From: Spirulina sp.
GTDB lineage: Bacteria > Cyanobacteriota > Cyanobacteriia > Phormidesmidales > Phormidesmidaceae
Direction: 5' to 3'
Assembly (NCBI GenBank): GCA_044070495.1
Contig: JBIPSI010000006.1
Span: 115,363-179,362, forward strand
Length of the DNA stretch: 64,000 nt
Shown in pieces: positions 20,140 to 30,700 of the stretch. Within the stretch, counting starts at the first letter, position 1; the number at the start of each line of letters is the position of its first letter. The notes beneath the pieces were generated by a model. The model did not search any database, was not told the DNA's origin, and saw only the letters and a list, made by a program, of their open reading frames with translations. The translations under genes and the position numbers were made by a program.

Positions 20140-20382
20140 ATGCCAATGTCAGCAATCAGCGAGGTGCAGGCGATGGACTTTCCCTTTGTAACCCATTGGT
20201 TTTCTTCCCCAGTTATGGCAACGGTAGTTGCAGAACTTAAGCCGAAGTACCAAGTGAAATGCTGGGCTACCTATTGGCGTGCTGAACTGATTTATCCCTT
20301 TCAGGACAGTGTTTTGTCCATCGATAGCACGGTGGTTGTGATTGGCCGACGGGGGCTAACCCTTTTAGTGTGTCCATCCTAG
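20140..20382 (+). CDS. small NfeD-like OB-fold protein
   Basis: QVKCWATYWRAEL...VVVIGRRGLTLLV.P pattern typical of cyanobacterial NfeD C-terminal-only proteins. Confidence 0.65.
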   Translation: MPMSAISEVQAMDFPFVTHWFSSPVMATVVAELKPKYQVKCWATYWRAELIYPFQDSVLSIDSTVVVIGRRGLTLLVCPS

Positions 20383-20505
20383 GCAAGTCGTTAGCTATCG
20401 AGAGTTAACCCATGCATTTATAGCGAGCCCAATGGGTGGGGCTACTCCGAAGCAAATAAGCTTTTGATATCGAAGTAAGATTTTATTCTTGAGGTCGATA
20501 ATCTC

Positions 20506-20844
20506 ATGCGGTACCAGCGCAATTTTAAGCGAATTGAATTTTCCATTTTTGTCGGTATTCCCTTGGGATTTTTTCTGATTGGAAGTTCAGTCTATGCAGG
20601 CGGTATTGGGGATGACTTCTCTTCTAATTCTGCTTCGCTTTCAACCAATGATGAGGTTTTCTCTCATAGTGAGTTGGCATATCCAGAAGAGGGCAACCAA
20701 AATTCTGAAAGGTCTTCCACTCGGCTAACACCAGATTGGCAAAACTGGAGTGAACCCTATGTTGATGGCGACTCTATTTGCCGCGAGAGCAATGGTGACT
20801 TAGCCTGTCTCACGCCTACTTCTGCTGAGTATCTGCGCTGGTAG
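20506..20844 (+). CDS. small secreted hypothetical protein with C-terminal Cys pair
   Basis: Hydrophobic N-terminus ending VYA; ICRESNGDLACLTP; GAGG upstream. Confidence 0.55.
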   Translation: MRYQRNFKRIEFSIFVGIPLGFFLIGSSVYAGGIGDDFSSNSASLSTNDEVFSHSELAYPEEGNQNSERSSTRLTPDWQNWSEPYVDGDSICRESNGDLACLTPTSAEYLRW

Positions 20845-21095
20845 TGACGTTAGTAGATGCGTGATACTCGATTTCGAGATTCCCTATTTTTTGCTAGGAA
20901 GCATTCTCTAAAATGACCTGTCGCTACGGCGTCTAAGAGGTGCTTTTCCTCAAGTAAGGCTTTCTTTTATCACGAGGTATTCATTATGCCCTAGAAAAGG
21001 CCATGAATCTTTCATGGCGAAATTCAATATGCTCCCAATCTTCAGGTTCGTTTGCAAGTTTGTTTTTCAATCGTCGAGTCTACTAAGGAACTACT

Positions 21096-22052
21096 ATGAG
21101 CACATCATCTACCAAGCTTCGACTATTGCCAAAAATGGGTTTAATTGGGCTGTCCCTTTTTACTGGGTTTAGCCTATCTGTAGACTACCTAAAATTGGCG
21201 ATTCAGCCCACGCCGCCAGCCTATGCTCAATCAGCTACTTGCAGTAGTGTACGAGCTGTTACCTTCTCTGGTCGTACCAGTGGCTCAATGACGGGTAAGC
21301 CAAACATCCGTACCAACCTGCGGGCAAACCCCACAACCAGCGCTGGGGTTTTGGCCACCATTCCACCCAACACCATGCTGACCTTCTCTGGCTGGACTTA
21401 TGGCGCTAGTGTGACGGATATTTGGACGGGCCGCGCCGATCAACGCTGGTTTCGTGTTACCTACCAAGGGCGAACAGGTTGGGTTGCTAGTGGCGTTATT
21501 TATGGCAACCCTCCCAACTCAACACCGACCTGTTTAGCTACAGGAGGGGGTCAACCGGGGCAGATGCACCGCAACCCAGAAGTATTTTATCGGTGGGCTA
21601 AGAGCCAAGTTGGTATTTCTCGCTTGGATAGGTCCGATCTTCGAGGGCAATGCGTAACCTTGATTGCACGCTACATTCAGGAGGTTTATCTGACTGGAAG
21701 CCAGCGCACGGCAGCAATTGCTTTTGGACATGGAAAGGATACGGCACGAGTTGTTGCAAGTAGGTGGCCTAATTTCTTCACTCCAGTTACCAATCAAGGC
21801 TTACCTCGGCGTGGAGCCATCATTTCTTTCCCTGATATTGGAATCGTGGGTGGTGTGCGCTATGGCCATGTCGCTATTGTGATGGAAGCTCGTCAACTTT
21901 CCAACGGACAACGACAGGTTCGCATCTTGGACTCAAATGGCGATAGCCGAGGCCCAAATAGTAATGTCAGAGAATATACTTATTGGGTTAATATTCCTGA
22001 TGGCACTGCACAGAGGTATGGTCGAGGAATTTACTGGACTAATCCCAGATAG
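21096..22052 (+). CDS. secreted SH3b + CHAP domain peptidoglycan hydrolase
   Basis: Signal AYAQ; NLRANPTT...WFRVTY.GRTGWVAS (SH3b); GQCV and YGHVAIV..ILDSN (CHAP Cys/His). Confidence 0.8.
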   Translation: MSTSSTKLRLLPKMGLIGLSLFTGFSLSVDYLKLAIQPTPPAYAQSATCSSVRAVTFSGRTSGSMTGKPNIRTNLRANPTTSAGVLATIPPNTMLTFSGWTYGASVTDIWTGRADQRWFRVTYQGRTGWVASGVIYGNPPNSTPTCLATGGGQPGQMHRNPEVFYRWAKSQVGISRLDRSDLRGQCVTLIARYIQEVYLTGSQRTAAIAFGHGKDTARVVASRWPNFFTPVTNQGLPRRGAIISFPDIGIVGGVRYGHVAIVMEARQLSNGQRQVRILDSNGDSRGPNSNVREYTYWVNIPDGTAQRYGRGIYWTNPR

Positions 22053-22081
22053 TTTTCCTTAAAGAATCAGACTGTCAAATT

Positions 22082-22114
22082 GAGGCACCTGAGCAACTAT
22101 TGTTCACGGTGCTT
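22082..22114 (+). terminator. hairpin downstream of SH3-CHAP gene
   Basis: gaggcacctgagcaa-cta-ttgttcacggtgcttc. Confidence 0.45.
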
Positions 22115-22140
22115 CAGTCTTAGAATTAAGGTACTCTCTT

Positions 22141-23817
22141 ATGAACATTTCGCTTCAAAAGCAGCTTCAACAACGCCAGATCAACCTTGAGAGTGCGCTG
22201 CAACTGATCTCGAATGGCTTGAAGGATTTCTGTGTTGACTGGATTGATCTCAACTTGTGTGAGCGCTTTTTTCGGCAGTGTAAGAACGCCAAGGGATTGC
22301 CGCCTGTGATTCCGCTGCTGCTGTGGCAGAGTTGTTACTACCTGGGTTCGCCCAGTGAGTGGAGTCAGGAGCTTATTGACACCTTGGGGCAAAACCTGGA
22401 TACGGAGATTCGGGTGTTTCCGATTTCTGAGGAAAGCTATCGCACCTGGTTTAAGCATTACAACTCCGAGCAGCATCGCACCAGCGCGGAGATTCAGCGG
22501 GATCCGTTGACGGGGGAAATTCTGCCGGAGAATATCCAGGAAACGGCGCAACTGCATTTGTCCCAGGTGGATGACCAGATCGAGCGGATTAAGACGCTGA
22601 TTTTGAGTGCGTTGCGCAACCGGGCCAGTGATATTCACCTAGAGCCGTTGGTGGATGGGCTGCGGGTGCGGTATCGCATTGACGGCATTTTGCGCCAGGT
22701 GACGACGTTTCCACCGGATGTGGGGCGGCGGCTGGTGGTGGCCTTGAAGGTGATGTCGCAGATGGACATTGCCGATAGTCGGCGGCCCCAGGATGGGCGG
22801 ATTGGCGAGAAGTATCAGCTTGGGCAGCAGGATTATGGTCTGGATTTGCGGGTGAACACGCTGCCCTGTGTGAGCACGGTGAAGGGACGGGCCAGCGAAA
22901 AGGCGGTGCTGCGGCTGCTGAAGCAGACCAATTCCTTTGCGGCCATTGAGGAAGTGGGGTTTACGGCGGCGACCTATCCGATTTACCGAGATTGGCTGGC
23001 CCAGCCCCAGGGAATGATTATTTTGACCGGGCCAACGGGGTCGGGCAAAACCAGTACGCTCTACGCCAGTTTGAAGGAAATTGCGACGGAATCGGTGAAC
23101 GTGGTGACGGTGGAAGACCCGGTGGAGTACGTGCTTCCCGGCATTACCCAAACCCAGGTGAACGAGGCGGCGGGGATGACCTTTGCGGCGGGGCTGCGAT
23201 CCATTTTGCGGCAGGATCCCGACATTATTATGATTGGCGAAATCCGCGATAGCGAAACCGCTGAAACGGCGGTGCGGGCGGCATTGACCGGGCACCTGGT
23301 GTTTACCACCCTGCACACCAACGATGCGGTGGGGGCGATTCCTCGCCTCAAGGATATTGGGCCAGATCCGGGTTTGATTAGCGATGCGCTGCTGGGGGTG
23401 GTGGCACAGCGGCTGGTGCGGCGAATTTGCCCCCACTGTGCCGAACCCCATCCCCTAAGTGCCGACGAGTTGGCGGTGCTGGGGCTAACGCGGGAGGATG
23501 TCGTGTCCCGCAAGACCAAAAAGGGGCGCGGCTGTAGCCAGTGCTTTGAGTCGGGCTATGCGGGGCGGGAGGCGATTATTGAGCTTTTAAATGTGGATAG
23601 CCGCGTCCGGCAGATTATCTACGAAGGGTCGATGACGCAGCTCAACCACTATTTGCAGAGCATCCACTATCAATCCTTTCGGCAGGCGGCGATTGACAAG
23701 GTATTGACGGGGGTGACCACTGTGGAGGAGGTGAAGCGGGTGCTGCCTTCGAGTGCGCTGATGGTGCGGCCTCTGCCCTCCAGCCATCGTGAGGAGGTGA
23801 ATTTAAAGGCGATCTAG
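22141..23817 (+). CDS. GspE/PulE/PilB family secretion/pilus ATPase
   Basis: ASDIHLEP, PQDGRI, GPTGSGKT, EDPVEY, LRQDPD, TGHL.FTTLHTND, CPHC...CSQC. Confidence 0.92.
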   Translation: MNISLQKQLQQRQINLESALQLISNGLKDFCVDWIDLNLCERFFRQCKNAKGLPPVIPLLLWQSCYYLGSPSEWSQELIDTLGQNLDTEIRVFPISEESYRTWFKHYNSEQHRTSAEIQRDPLTGEILPENIQETAQLHLSQVDDQIERIKTLILSALRNRASDIHLEPLVDGLRVRYRIDGILRQVTTFPPDVGRRLVVALKVMSQMDIADSRRPQDGRIGEKYQLGQQDYGLDLRVNTLPCVSTVKGRASEKAVLRLLKQTNSFAAIEEVGFTAATYPIYRDWLAQPQGMIILTGPTGSGKTSTLYASLKEIATESVNVVTVEDPVEYVLPGITQTQVNEAAGMTFAAGLRSILRQDPDIIMIGEIRDSETAETAVRAALTGHLVFTTLHTNDAVGAIPRLKDIGPDPGLISDALLGVVAQRLVRRICPHCAEPHPLSADELAVLGLTREDVVSRKTKKGRGCSQCFESGYAGREAIIELLNVDSRVRQIIYEGSMTQLNHYLQSIHYQSFRQAAIDKVLTGVTTVEEVKRVLPSSALMVRPLPSSHREEVNLKAI

Positions 23818-23868
23818 CCAAGGGTTCCTACCAATCATCGGCTAGAAAACCGTGCCTATCCTACGGGC

Positions 23869-24930
23869 CTATCGCAACCGAGCGCCTCGGTAGCGCATTT
23901 CTCGTTTGAGGACGTTTTGCTGGACGAAGTTGGGCATATCGCCTTGGTGGCCCATCAAAATGACGGAATCGCCCAGGGCGAGGTAGGCATTGCGAGGGGG
24001 GTGGATGATTACTTCCCCATCGGCGCGGCGTAGGGCCACGATAATGAAGGTGCCTCGGCCTTTCACTTCGATGTCGCCGACGGTGCCGCCAATCAGGGAG
24101 GAGTTGGCTTCAATCACGATTTCGTTGAGTTGGATATCCAGTTCGGCCAGAAATTCGTTTAGCCCTTGGTGGCCGTTGGTTTGGGCCAAAAAGTCTACGG
24201 CTGAGGGATGGGTGATTAGGTGGGCCATACGCAGGGCGCTGATGCTAGCAGGTAGGACGACGTGGTTGGCTCCGGCGAGGCGCAGTTTTTTCTCGGTGGT
24301 GGGCATTTCCCCCCGCGCCAAGATCATTAGGTTGGGGTTCATTTCGCGGGCGGTGAGGGTGATGAAGACGTTGGCGGCGTCGTTGGGCAGCACCGTGGCG
24401 AGGGATTTGGCGCGATGGATACCGACGGCCTCTAGGGCGGTTTCGTCGGTGGCGTTGCCCTGGTACATGAGATAGCCCTGTTCTTGGGCGAGGGCGACTC
24501 TAGCGGGGTCGTTGTCTAACACAATGAAGGATTGGTGGTCGGCTTTGAGTTTGCGGGCCACCAGTTGGCCAATGCGGCCAAATCCGCAGATGATGACGTG
24601 CTGGTCGAGGCTTTCGATTTCTTTGGTCATACGTTTGAGGTTAAGGGCGCGACGAATTTCCCCTTCGGTGATCAGCTGCACAAAGCCGGAGACCGTGTAG
24701 GCCACCGACAGCGCTCCGGCCACAATCACAAAGATGGTAAACAGCTTCAGGATGGGCGAAACCAGGGGCCGAACTTCGCCATAGCCCACCCCAAAAATGG
24801 TGATCACCACCATGTAAACGGCATCGATGAAGCCCCAGCCCGCCATCATGTAGCCTGCCACCGCAAAGGAGATGGTCAGGCCAAAAAAGATAATCCCAAT
24901 CACAATGCGCTTAAAGGAGCTATTCCGCAT
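23869..24930 (-). CDS. potassium channel with RCK (TrkA-N/C) domains
   Basis: TIFGVGYGE selectivity filter, ICGFGRIG. Confidence 0.92.
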   Translation of the reverse strand: MRNSSFKRIVIGIIFFGLTISFAVAGYMMAGWGFIDAVYMVVITIFGVGYGEVRPLVSPILKLFTIFVIVAGALSVAYTVSGFVQLITEGEIRRALNLKRMTKEIESLDQHVIICGFGRIGQLVARKLKADHQSFIVLDNDPARVALAQEQGYLMYQGNATDETALEAVGIHRAKSLATVLPNDAANVFITLTAREMNPNLMILARGEMPTTEKKLRLAGANHVVLPASISALRMAHLITHPSAVDFLAQTNGHQGLNEFLAELDIQLNEIVIEANSSLIGGTVGDIEVKGRGTFIIVALRRADGEVIIHPPRNAYLALGDSVILMGHQGDMPNFVQQNVLKREMRYRGARLR

Positions 24931-25111
24931 CTAGGCCTCAGGCATCAAGGAAGGATCACCCATCCCTAGAGTAGGCGTTGTGGGGCTCTGCTAGGGTGTC
25001 ACCTAAGCTACACAATGGGAGCTGTTTTGCCGATTTTCCTAGATCGTTGGTTACGGATGATCGGGTGTTTGGCAGTGAAGCTCTGCGCTGGGGCCGTCGT
25101 GTTGTGTTCTC

Positions 25112-25585
25112 CTAGGCCTGATTTTGCACCACTAAAACCGAGCAGTGGGCATGGTGCAAGACATAGTTGCTGACGCTCCCTAGCAACGCGGCCTGAAGGC
25201 GTCCCCGTCCTCGCCGCCCAATGACGATGAGGTCGGCGTTGTAGTGGCTGGCAATGTCGCAAATTTGTGGCCCCACATCGCCGCCGCGCCAGTCCCAGGA
25301 GACCTCCACTCCAGCTTTCTGGGCCTGGGATTCTAGGCTAGCGAGCCACTGGCGGGTGTGTTCTAGGTTGGCATCGAGCTCTTCCTGGGCGATGGATAGA
25401 AACTCCTTAACGCTGGCGCGGTAGCGGTCACCGAAGTCGAGATTGGTCGGCAGGGGCAGGGTGAAGCAGTGGGCTAAATGGAGACGCGCCCCCTGGGACT
25501 GGGCGAGGCCGAGGGCGGTGGAAAACACCTGCTCCGACAGAGCCGACTGATCAATGGCCGCTACGATGCGCTGATACTGAGCCAT
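25112..25585 (-). CDS. universal stress protein
   Basis: RIVAAID, ADLIVIGRRGRG...LLGSVSNYVLHHAHCSVLVV. Confidence 0.92.
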   Translation of the reverse strand: MAQYQRIVAAIDQSALSEQVFSTALGLAQSQGARLHLAHCFTLPLPTNLDFGDRYRASVKEFLSIAQEELDANLEHTRQWLASLESQAQKAGVEVSWDWRGGDVGPQICDIASHYNADLIVIGRRGRGRLQAALLGSVSNYVLHHAHCSVLVVQNQA

Positions 25586-25804
25586 GGCAAGGAACCTGGA
25601 GAGACAACACAGCTTCTCACCTGGAAAGCTAGACCCAGGCTGAAAGGCTACCGAAAGCATCTTAAACCCTGACCAGGGCTAGACCAATGAACAGATTCTC
25701 CTTGATCGGGATCCCGTGGCGTTTGGCGGGGCGTTTCCTTCAAATAGGGGTCTCCTAACCTTGGGTGACTCCCCCACGTGCCGTGGCCTTAAGGCTTTGT
25801 GCCC

Positions 25805-26815
25805 CTAAGATGATGGTATTGCGCCTAGATCTGAAGCGGGAACCGTCGCAGCGGGGGACTGACGGGGCAGTCGGCCTTTGCGGCCAGCGGTGGTGATCAG
25901 GGTATAAAAGACATAGGCCAACCCCCACAGGTAAAAAATCCCACGGAACAGGACTTTTAGGGGGTTAGGGTCTTTGTTGCAGGGGGCGTGGCCCAGTACA
26001 TGGCAGTCGAACAGGCGACCGAAAAGGCGCAGGTTTTGCCCTGGGGTAAGGTTTTTGAGACCCAGCAAAAAGTGGTTGTGGTAAAAGACCAATTGATAGC
26101 GCAGGGAACGGGTGCTGATGTCGTGGCAGCCGCCGGTTTCTTCGCCCAGGTGCACCAGGTGGGCCTCTGGGTTGTACCAAATGATGTAGCCCGTTTGGCG
26201 AAGGTGCAGGCAAAAGTCCGATTCTTCCCGCACGGCACTGCCGTAGAAGCGTTCGTCAAACCGCAGGCCAAATTGGTCAAACAACGCCCGCCGAAAGGAC
26301 ATATTGCACCCCCTAGCGGTGAGCACCTGCTGGGGCTGGGTGGTGTGAACGAGATCCAGGTGATACCAGGCGATGCCGGGGTCCATCGCCTCCGGGGGCA
26401 GGTAGTCGATCTCTAAATCCTTCTGTTCCGCCAGTTTCATGCGGTCGAACACGCGGCCCGCCACCGCCCCCACGTCGGGCCGTTCCACAAAGGTACGGGC
26501 GTGGGCCTGGAGGTAGCCGGGGGGCAACACCACATCATCGTCAATAAACAGCACAATGTCGCCGGAGGATCGCTCGATGCCAAGGTTGCGGGCGGCGGGC
26601 AGGCTGGCCCAGGAAACGGTGTACAGCCTGATCCGTCCGGTCTGGGCCAACTCTGTGAGGCGTTGCTCGGTGGCGGGCTGGTGGGTCTGAGTTTGATCCA
26701 CCACCACCACCTCGTAGTGGGGATAGTCCTGGGCTAGGACGCTATCTAGGGTGTCGCAGAGCACGGTTTCCCGCTGGTAAGTGGGAATGATGATGGAGAA
26801 GGTGGGCCAGTCCAT
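25805..26815 (-). CDS. hpsN: GT2 glycosyltransferase, HpsN-like (hormogonium polysaccharide)
   Basis: IIIPTY.RE, LFIDDD, RGCNMSFRR, AVREESDFC, HLGEETGGCHD. Confidence 0.75.
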   Translation of the reverse strand: MDWPTFSIIIPTYQRETVLCDTLDSVLAQDYPHYEVVVVDQTQTHQPATEQRLTELAQTGRIRLYTVSWASLPAARNLGIERSSGDIVLFIDDDVVLPPGYLQAHARTFVERPDVGAVAGRVFDRMKLAEQKDLEIDYLPPEAMDPGIAWYHLDLVHTTQPQQVLTARGCNMSFRRALFDQFGLRFDERFYGSAVREESDFCLHLRQTGYIIWYNPEAHLVHLGEETGGCHDISTRSLRYQLVFYHNHFLLGLKNLTPGQNLRLFGRLFDCHVLGHAPCNKDPNPLKVLFRGIFYLWGLAYVFYTLITTAGRKGRLPRQSPAATVPASDLGAIPSS

Positions 26816-26957
26816 AGGGATTCCGTACGGTGGAAGGGCTGTCTGTAGGGTGCCCTATTTTGAACCTAGATTAGCGTAACAGCCTACAGTCAGGGACGGG
26901 GGGCAACGGGTTGCCCCTAGGCTGAGGTGTGCAGGGTAGGTTAAGCCCTGGCCTGCG

Positions 26958-27515
26958 CTAAATCCCTGCGCTAAACAACCGTCGCACCTGGATTGCCATG
27001 TCAGGAAAGGCGACCAGGGACAGATTCCCCTCTGTGAGGGTTAGTTCGGTTTGGTATTGCCCCTGGGCCAGATCTCGAAACACCTTAAGCTGCCTATGTT
27101 TTAGGTCTACGACCCAATATTCTTGCAGGCCCGCCTCGGCGTAGGCCTCTTTTTTTTCGCCCAGATCCTTGGCTAGGGTGGTGTTGGAATATTCGATCAC
27201 CCAAAAGATGTCTTCTGGGTAGGGATGGTGCTCTAAATAGCGCTCCAAGGGAGGTTGTACGATGGCGACATCCGGTACTGGTTCTGAGTCATTGGGTAGG
27301 GTGATGGGTTTCGTTTCGCGCACGGCCCCTTGGTGCCCCAAGCGTTGCCGTAGGTAATTTGCCCCCACACTGCTGTAGCAGGCATGGGGTTCTCGTTCTG
27401 GAGCCATAACCACCAGATCTCCCCGCAGTAACTCAATGGCCTGATCCTCAAACAGCCCTGCATCAATGGCCGCATGGTAGCGGTCGAGTGTCCATTTGTA
27501 GAGCGTTACGGCCAT
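26958..27515 (-). CDS. Uma2 family endonuclease-like protein
   Basis: YKWTLDRYH, SEP.PDVAI, HHPYPEDI, K..YAEAG..EYWVVDL. Confidence 0.9.
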   Translation of the reverse strand: MAVTLYKWTLDRYHAAIDAGLFEDQAIELLRGDLVVMAPEREPHACYSSVGANYLRQRLGHQGAVRETKPITLPNDSEPVPDVAIVQPPLERYLEHHPYPEDIFWVIEYSNTTLAKDLGEKKEAYAEAGLQEYWVVDLKHRQLKVFRDLAQGQYQTELTLTEGNLSLVAFPDMAIQVRRLFSAGI

Positions 27516-27536
27516 GACTCACCTCAGAATCGGGGA

Positions 27537-28289
27537 TCAGGGGGTGACGGTGGGAGGCGGCAGTGGATTCACAATAATCACCGTGATGTTGTCCCGTCCT
27601 CCACGCTGTTTGGCGGAGTTGACTAGGGCGGCGGCGGCGGCTTCGCAGGCCCGAATGGATTTGAGGTGGGAAGCGATCAGGTGGTCGGAAAGCTCCTCGG
27701 TGAGGCCATCGCTGCACATCAATAGACGATCACCGGGGTGAACCTCAATGGGCTGCACGTCAATTTGGGTGAGGTCTTCTCGGCCTAGGCACTGAGACAG
27801 CACATGTCGCCAGGGATGGCTACGCGACTGGGCGGGGGTCAGTTCTCCTTCGCGGATGGCGCGGGCAATCCAGGTGTGGTCTTCGGTGATTTGATCGAGT
27901 TGATGGCCGCGCAGGCGATAGAGGCGAGAATCTCCCACATGGGCACACCAGGGCTGATCATCCTGGGCCCGAAAGGTGAGCACCACCACCGTAGTGCCCA
28001 TGTCCGAGCGTTCGGGGTGCTGAAATTGGTCTTGAAGGATGGCGTTGTTGGCTTGGGCCAGGGCTTGCCGCAGTAGGTCAGAGGTGGGTTGGGAATCCTG
28101 CCAGTGCTGATTGAGAAACGTCTTGATGGTGGATGTCGCCAAGCGGCTAGCCTCCTGGCCCCCCGCATGGCCCCCCATGCCATCCGCCACAATAAAGAAG
28201 CGACCTTCCGGATCGATGTAGTAGTCGTCCTGGTTGCTACTTCTCAGTAACCCCGGATCCGTCAACCCCGAAAACTGGTGTTCCACCAT
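27537..28289 (-). CDS. PP2C/PPM Ser/Thr phosphatase (PphA-like)
   Basis: [37 protein letters not shown]. Confidence 0.93.
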   Translation of the reverse strand: MVEHQFSGLTDPGLLRSSNQDDYYIDPEGRFFIVADGMGGHAGGQEASRLATSTIKTFLNQHWQDSQPTSDLLRQALAQANNAILQDQFQHPERSDMGTTVVVLTFRAQDDQPWCAHVGDSRLYRLRGHQLDQITEDHTWIARAIREGELTPAQSRSHPWRHVLSQCLGREDLTQIDVQPIEVHPGDRLLMCSDGLTEELSDHLIASHLKSIRACEAAAAALVNSAKQRGGRDNITVIIVNPLPPPTVTP

Positions 28290-28309
28290 AACCAACCCGT
28301 TGCTACTTC

Positions 28310-30214
28310 CTAGGGAAACCGATCTGCTCGGTTGACCTTGATGACGACTCGCAGAAAGGCTACCCCCGCCCCCAGAGCTAACACCCCAGGCGCAATGGCA
28401 ATCAGCGGCCAAGGGGTCATCAAGAGCCCCGTAGCAGACAGGGTGAATGCGCCCACCAAGATAGCATAGTTGTTGGCCATGCTCACGGAGCCAATCCGAC
28501 GGAGGGCTCTATCGGTTTCAACGGATCGCACCCGCACCCGAATATCACCCCGTTCCAGCTTGTCAAGGGTATCTTCAATGCGCCGAGGTAGCCCAAAGGC
28601 TGTGGTGCTCACCTGGGCGGCCTGACGGCTCAGTTCGCTGAGTAGGCTGTTGGCTCCATCGCCAGAATTCCCGCTGGTCATAAGTTGTGCCGCAAACGGC
28701 TTTGCCGCTTCCATAAAGTTAAAGTCTGGATCCAGACCCTTGCCCACGCCCTCTAGGGTGGAAAAAGCCCGCATTACAAAGGTAAAGGTGGCCGGAAACC
28801 GAAAAGGCTGATCGTAGGCTACCGCATAGAGGTCGTCGCTGATGGCTTCGATGGACTGCTCCTCGAAGGGCTTGTCCATGAAGTTATCCAAAATATACTG
28901 GATCGCCCGCCGCACTGGGCTCATATCCTCCACTTCAGCCAGCGCCCCCAATTCCACCAGGGAGTTCATCACCTGGTTGGCATCCCGCTGGGCTACCCCC
29001 ATGAAGGTGCCCATCAGACGCTGGCGGGTGATGGGCTGCACCTGGCCCATCATGCCAAAGTCGTAGAAAATCAGCGACCCGCTGAGGCTGACGGCAATGT
29101 TGCCGGGGTGAGGGTCAGCATGGAAAAAGCCGTCGTCTAGCAGTTGGTGTAGGTAGGCTTGGGCACCCAATTGGGCCAGCCGCTTGCGGTCTAGCCCAGC
29201 GGCCTCCAGTGCCTCGTAGTGGCTGATTTTTATCCCCGGCATATATTCCAGGGTGAGGATGCGCGGGGAGGTATAGCGCCAGAAGACCCGGGGCACCTGT
29301 ACCCAGTCCATGGATCGGAAGTTGCGGCGAAAGGTATCGGCGTTGCGGCCTTCGTTGAGGTAGTCAATTTCCTGCCAGAGGATGCGGCAGCACTCTTCGT
29401 AGATGCCGATCCAGTCTCGCCCCCGTCCCCAGGTGGGATGGTTTTGGAAATAATGGGCAATGCCCTTGAGGATCGACAGGTCGATGGTGAACAGTGACTG
29501 AAGTCCCGGACGCTGCACCTTGACCACCACTTCTTCGCCGCTGTGCAGTTGGGCACGGTGCACCTGTCCCAAACTGGCCGCCGCCAGCGGAATCGGATCG
29601 AAGGTGCGGTAGAGAACGTGAATAGGCTTGCCTAGGTCTTCCTCAATAATGGCGCGGGTCTGCTCGTAGCTAAAGGCGGGCACCCGATCCTGGAGCTTAG
29701 ACAGTTCTTCAACAAACTCAATGGGGAAGATATCGGCGCGGGTGGAGAAGAGTTGACCCACCTTAATAAACGTCGGGCCAAGATCGAGTAGGGTTTCGCG
29801 AATCCAGGTGGCCAACTTCCGCCGCCGCTCGGCCTGTTTTTCGGGGGTAATGGTGCCGCCGTAGCTCCAGGGCTTGCCGTAGAGCCAGCGAGCCCCCAAC
29901 AGCCGCAGCACAAAGCCCCAAATATCCACAAATCGGCGCTTGCGAGAATAGCGGCCCCGGTTCCAGCGGTAGTCCTTTTGCTGAAATCGGTAGGATTTCC
30001 CTGGCTCTGTCTCTAGCGGGGAGTCGGTCTGCGCCGCCATCACCGCAACAGGCGTCAAATCTCCCATGGATAAGGGATCTGCGCCATGGCCCTCACCCAC
30101 CCCAGACTCAATGGTCAGCGGCGGCGAAGCTGAGGATGATCCATCATCGCCTTGGCCAGGAAGGGGCAAGGACGACGAGGTGGATTGGGCCGATGAATCA
30201 AAAACTGCGGACAC
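28310..30214 (-). CDS. ABC1/UbiB family atypical kinase
   Basis: [41 protein letters not shown]. Confidence 0.93.
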   Translation of the reverse strand: MSAVFDSSAQSTSSSLPLPGQGDDGSSSASPPLTIESGVGEGHGADPLSMGDLTPVAVMAAQTDSPLETEPGKSYRFQQKDYRWNRGRYSRKRRFVDIWGFVLRLLGARWLYGKPWSYGGTITPEKQAERRRKLATWIRETLLDLGPTFIKVGQLFSTRADIFPIEFVEELSKLQDRVPAFSYEQTRAIIEEDLGKPIHVLYRTFDPIPLAAASLGQVHRAQLHSGEEVVVKVQRPGLQSLFTIDLSILKGIAHYFQNHPTWGRGRDWIGIYEECCRILWQEIDYLNEGRNADTFRRNFRSMDWVQVPRVFWRYTSPRILTLEYMPGIKISHYEALEAAGLDRKRLAQLGAQAYLHQLLDDGFFHADPHPGNIAVSLSGSLIFYDFGMMGQVQPITRQRLMGTFMGVAQRDANQVMNSLVELGALAEVEDMSPVRRAIQYILDNFMDKPFEEQSIEAISDDLYAVAYDQPFRFPATFTFVMRAFSTLEGVGKGLDPDFNFMEAAKPFAAQLMTSGNSGDGANSLLSELSRQAAQVSTTAFGLPRRIEDTLDKLERGDIRVRVRSVETDRALRRIGSVSMANNYAILVGAFTLSATGLLMTPWPLIAIAPGVLALGAGVAFLRVVIKVNRADRFP

Positions 30215-30294
30215 TCAGACTCCTAACGGGCTAGACCAACGCAGGGATAACAGCAGTAGACCAAAACGATTGCTTGGAACCAGGGCATCTGAAC

Positions 30295-30627
30295 CTAGGC
30301 GGCGGTGCGATATTGCTGGAGGGCCACACGCACCTGAGCAATTTCCGCCCGCAGCGTATCGATGGTGGCCTGGAGATCCTCAGGTTCTCCAGCGGCTGTT
30401 CCACCAGAAAAGGGGCTAGCGGGATCCGTTCCAGCACTGGCGGCGGCTTCCGCCTGTTGGGCGCGGGCCATCACTTCTTCGGTAAACTGCCGCAGGGCTT
30501 CCCGTTGTTCAGCGTCAAACTGCCCTAACCAACTCAACGAGTCGGTGAGCAAACGCTCGGTGCGGTCGTTAATAACCTCGGCTAGGGCGCGACCCACAAA
30601 AAAAGCATGAAGCACCGGGTTGCTCAT
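30295..30627 (-). CDS. conserved cyanobacterial coiled-coil protein (DUF6825-like)
   Basis: MSNPVLHAFFVGRALAE...FDAEQRE..R.F.EEV..RA...DLQATID.LRAEIA. Confidence 0.75.
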   Translation of the reverse strand: MSNPVLHAFFVGRALAEVINDRTERLLTDSLSWLGQFDAEQREALRQFTEEVMARAQQAEAAASAGTDPASPFSGGTAAGEPEDLQATIDTLRAEIAQVRVALQQYRTAA

Positions 30628-30700
30628 AACTAAAACCTCGTACCAATCCCAACTGTTTAGAATTATAACGCCCTTATTCCCCTGCGCAGGCAACACCCAC

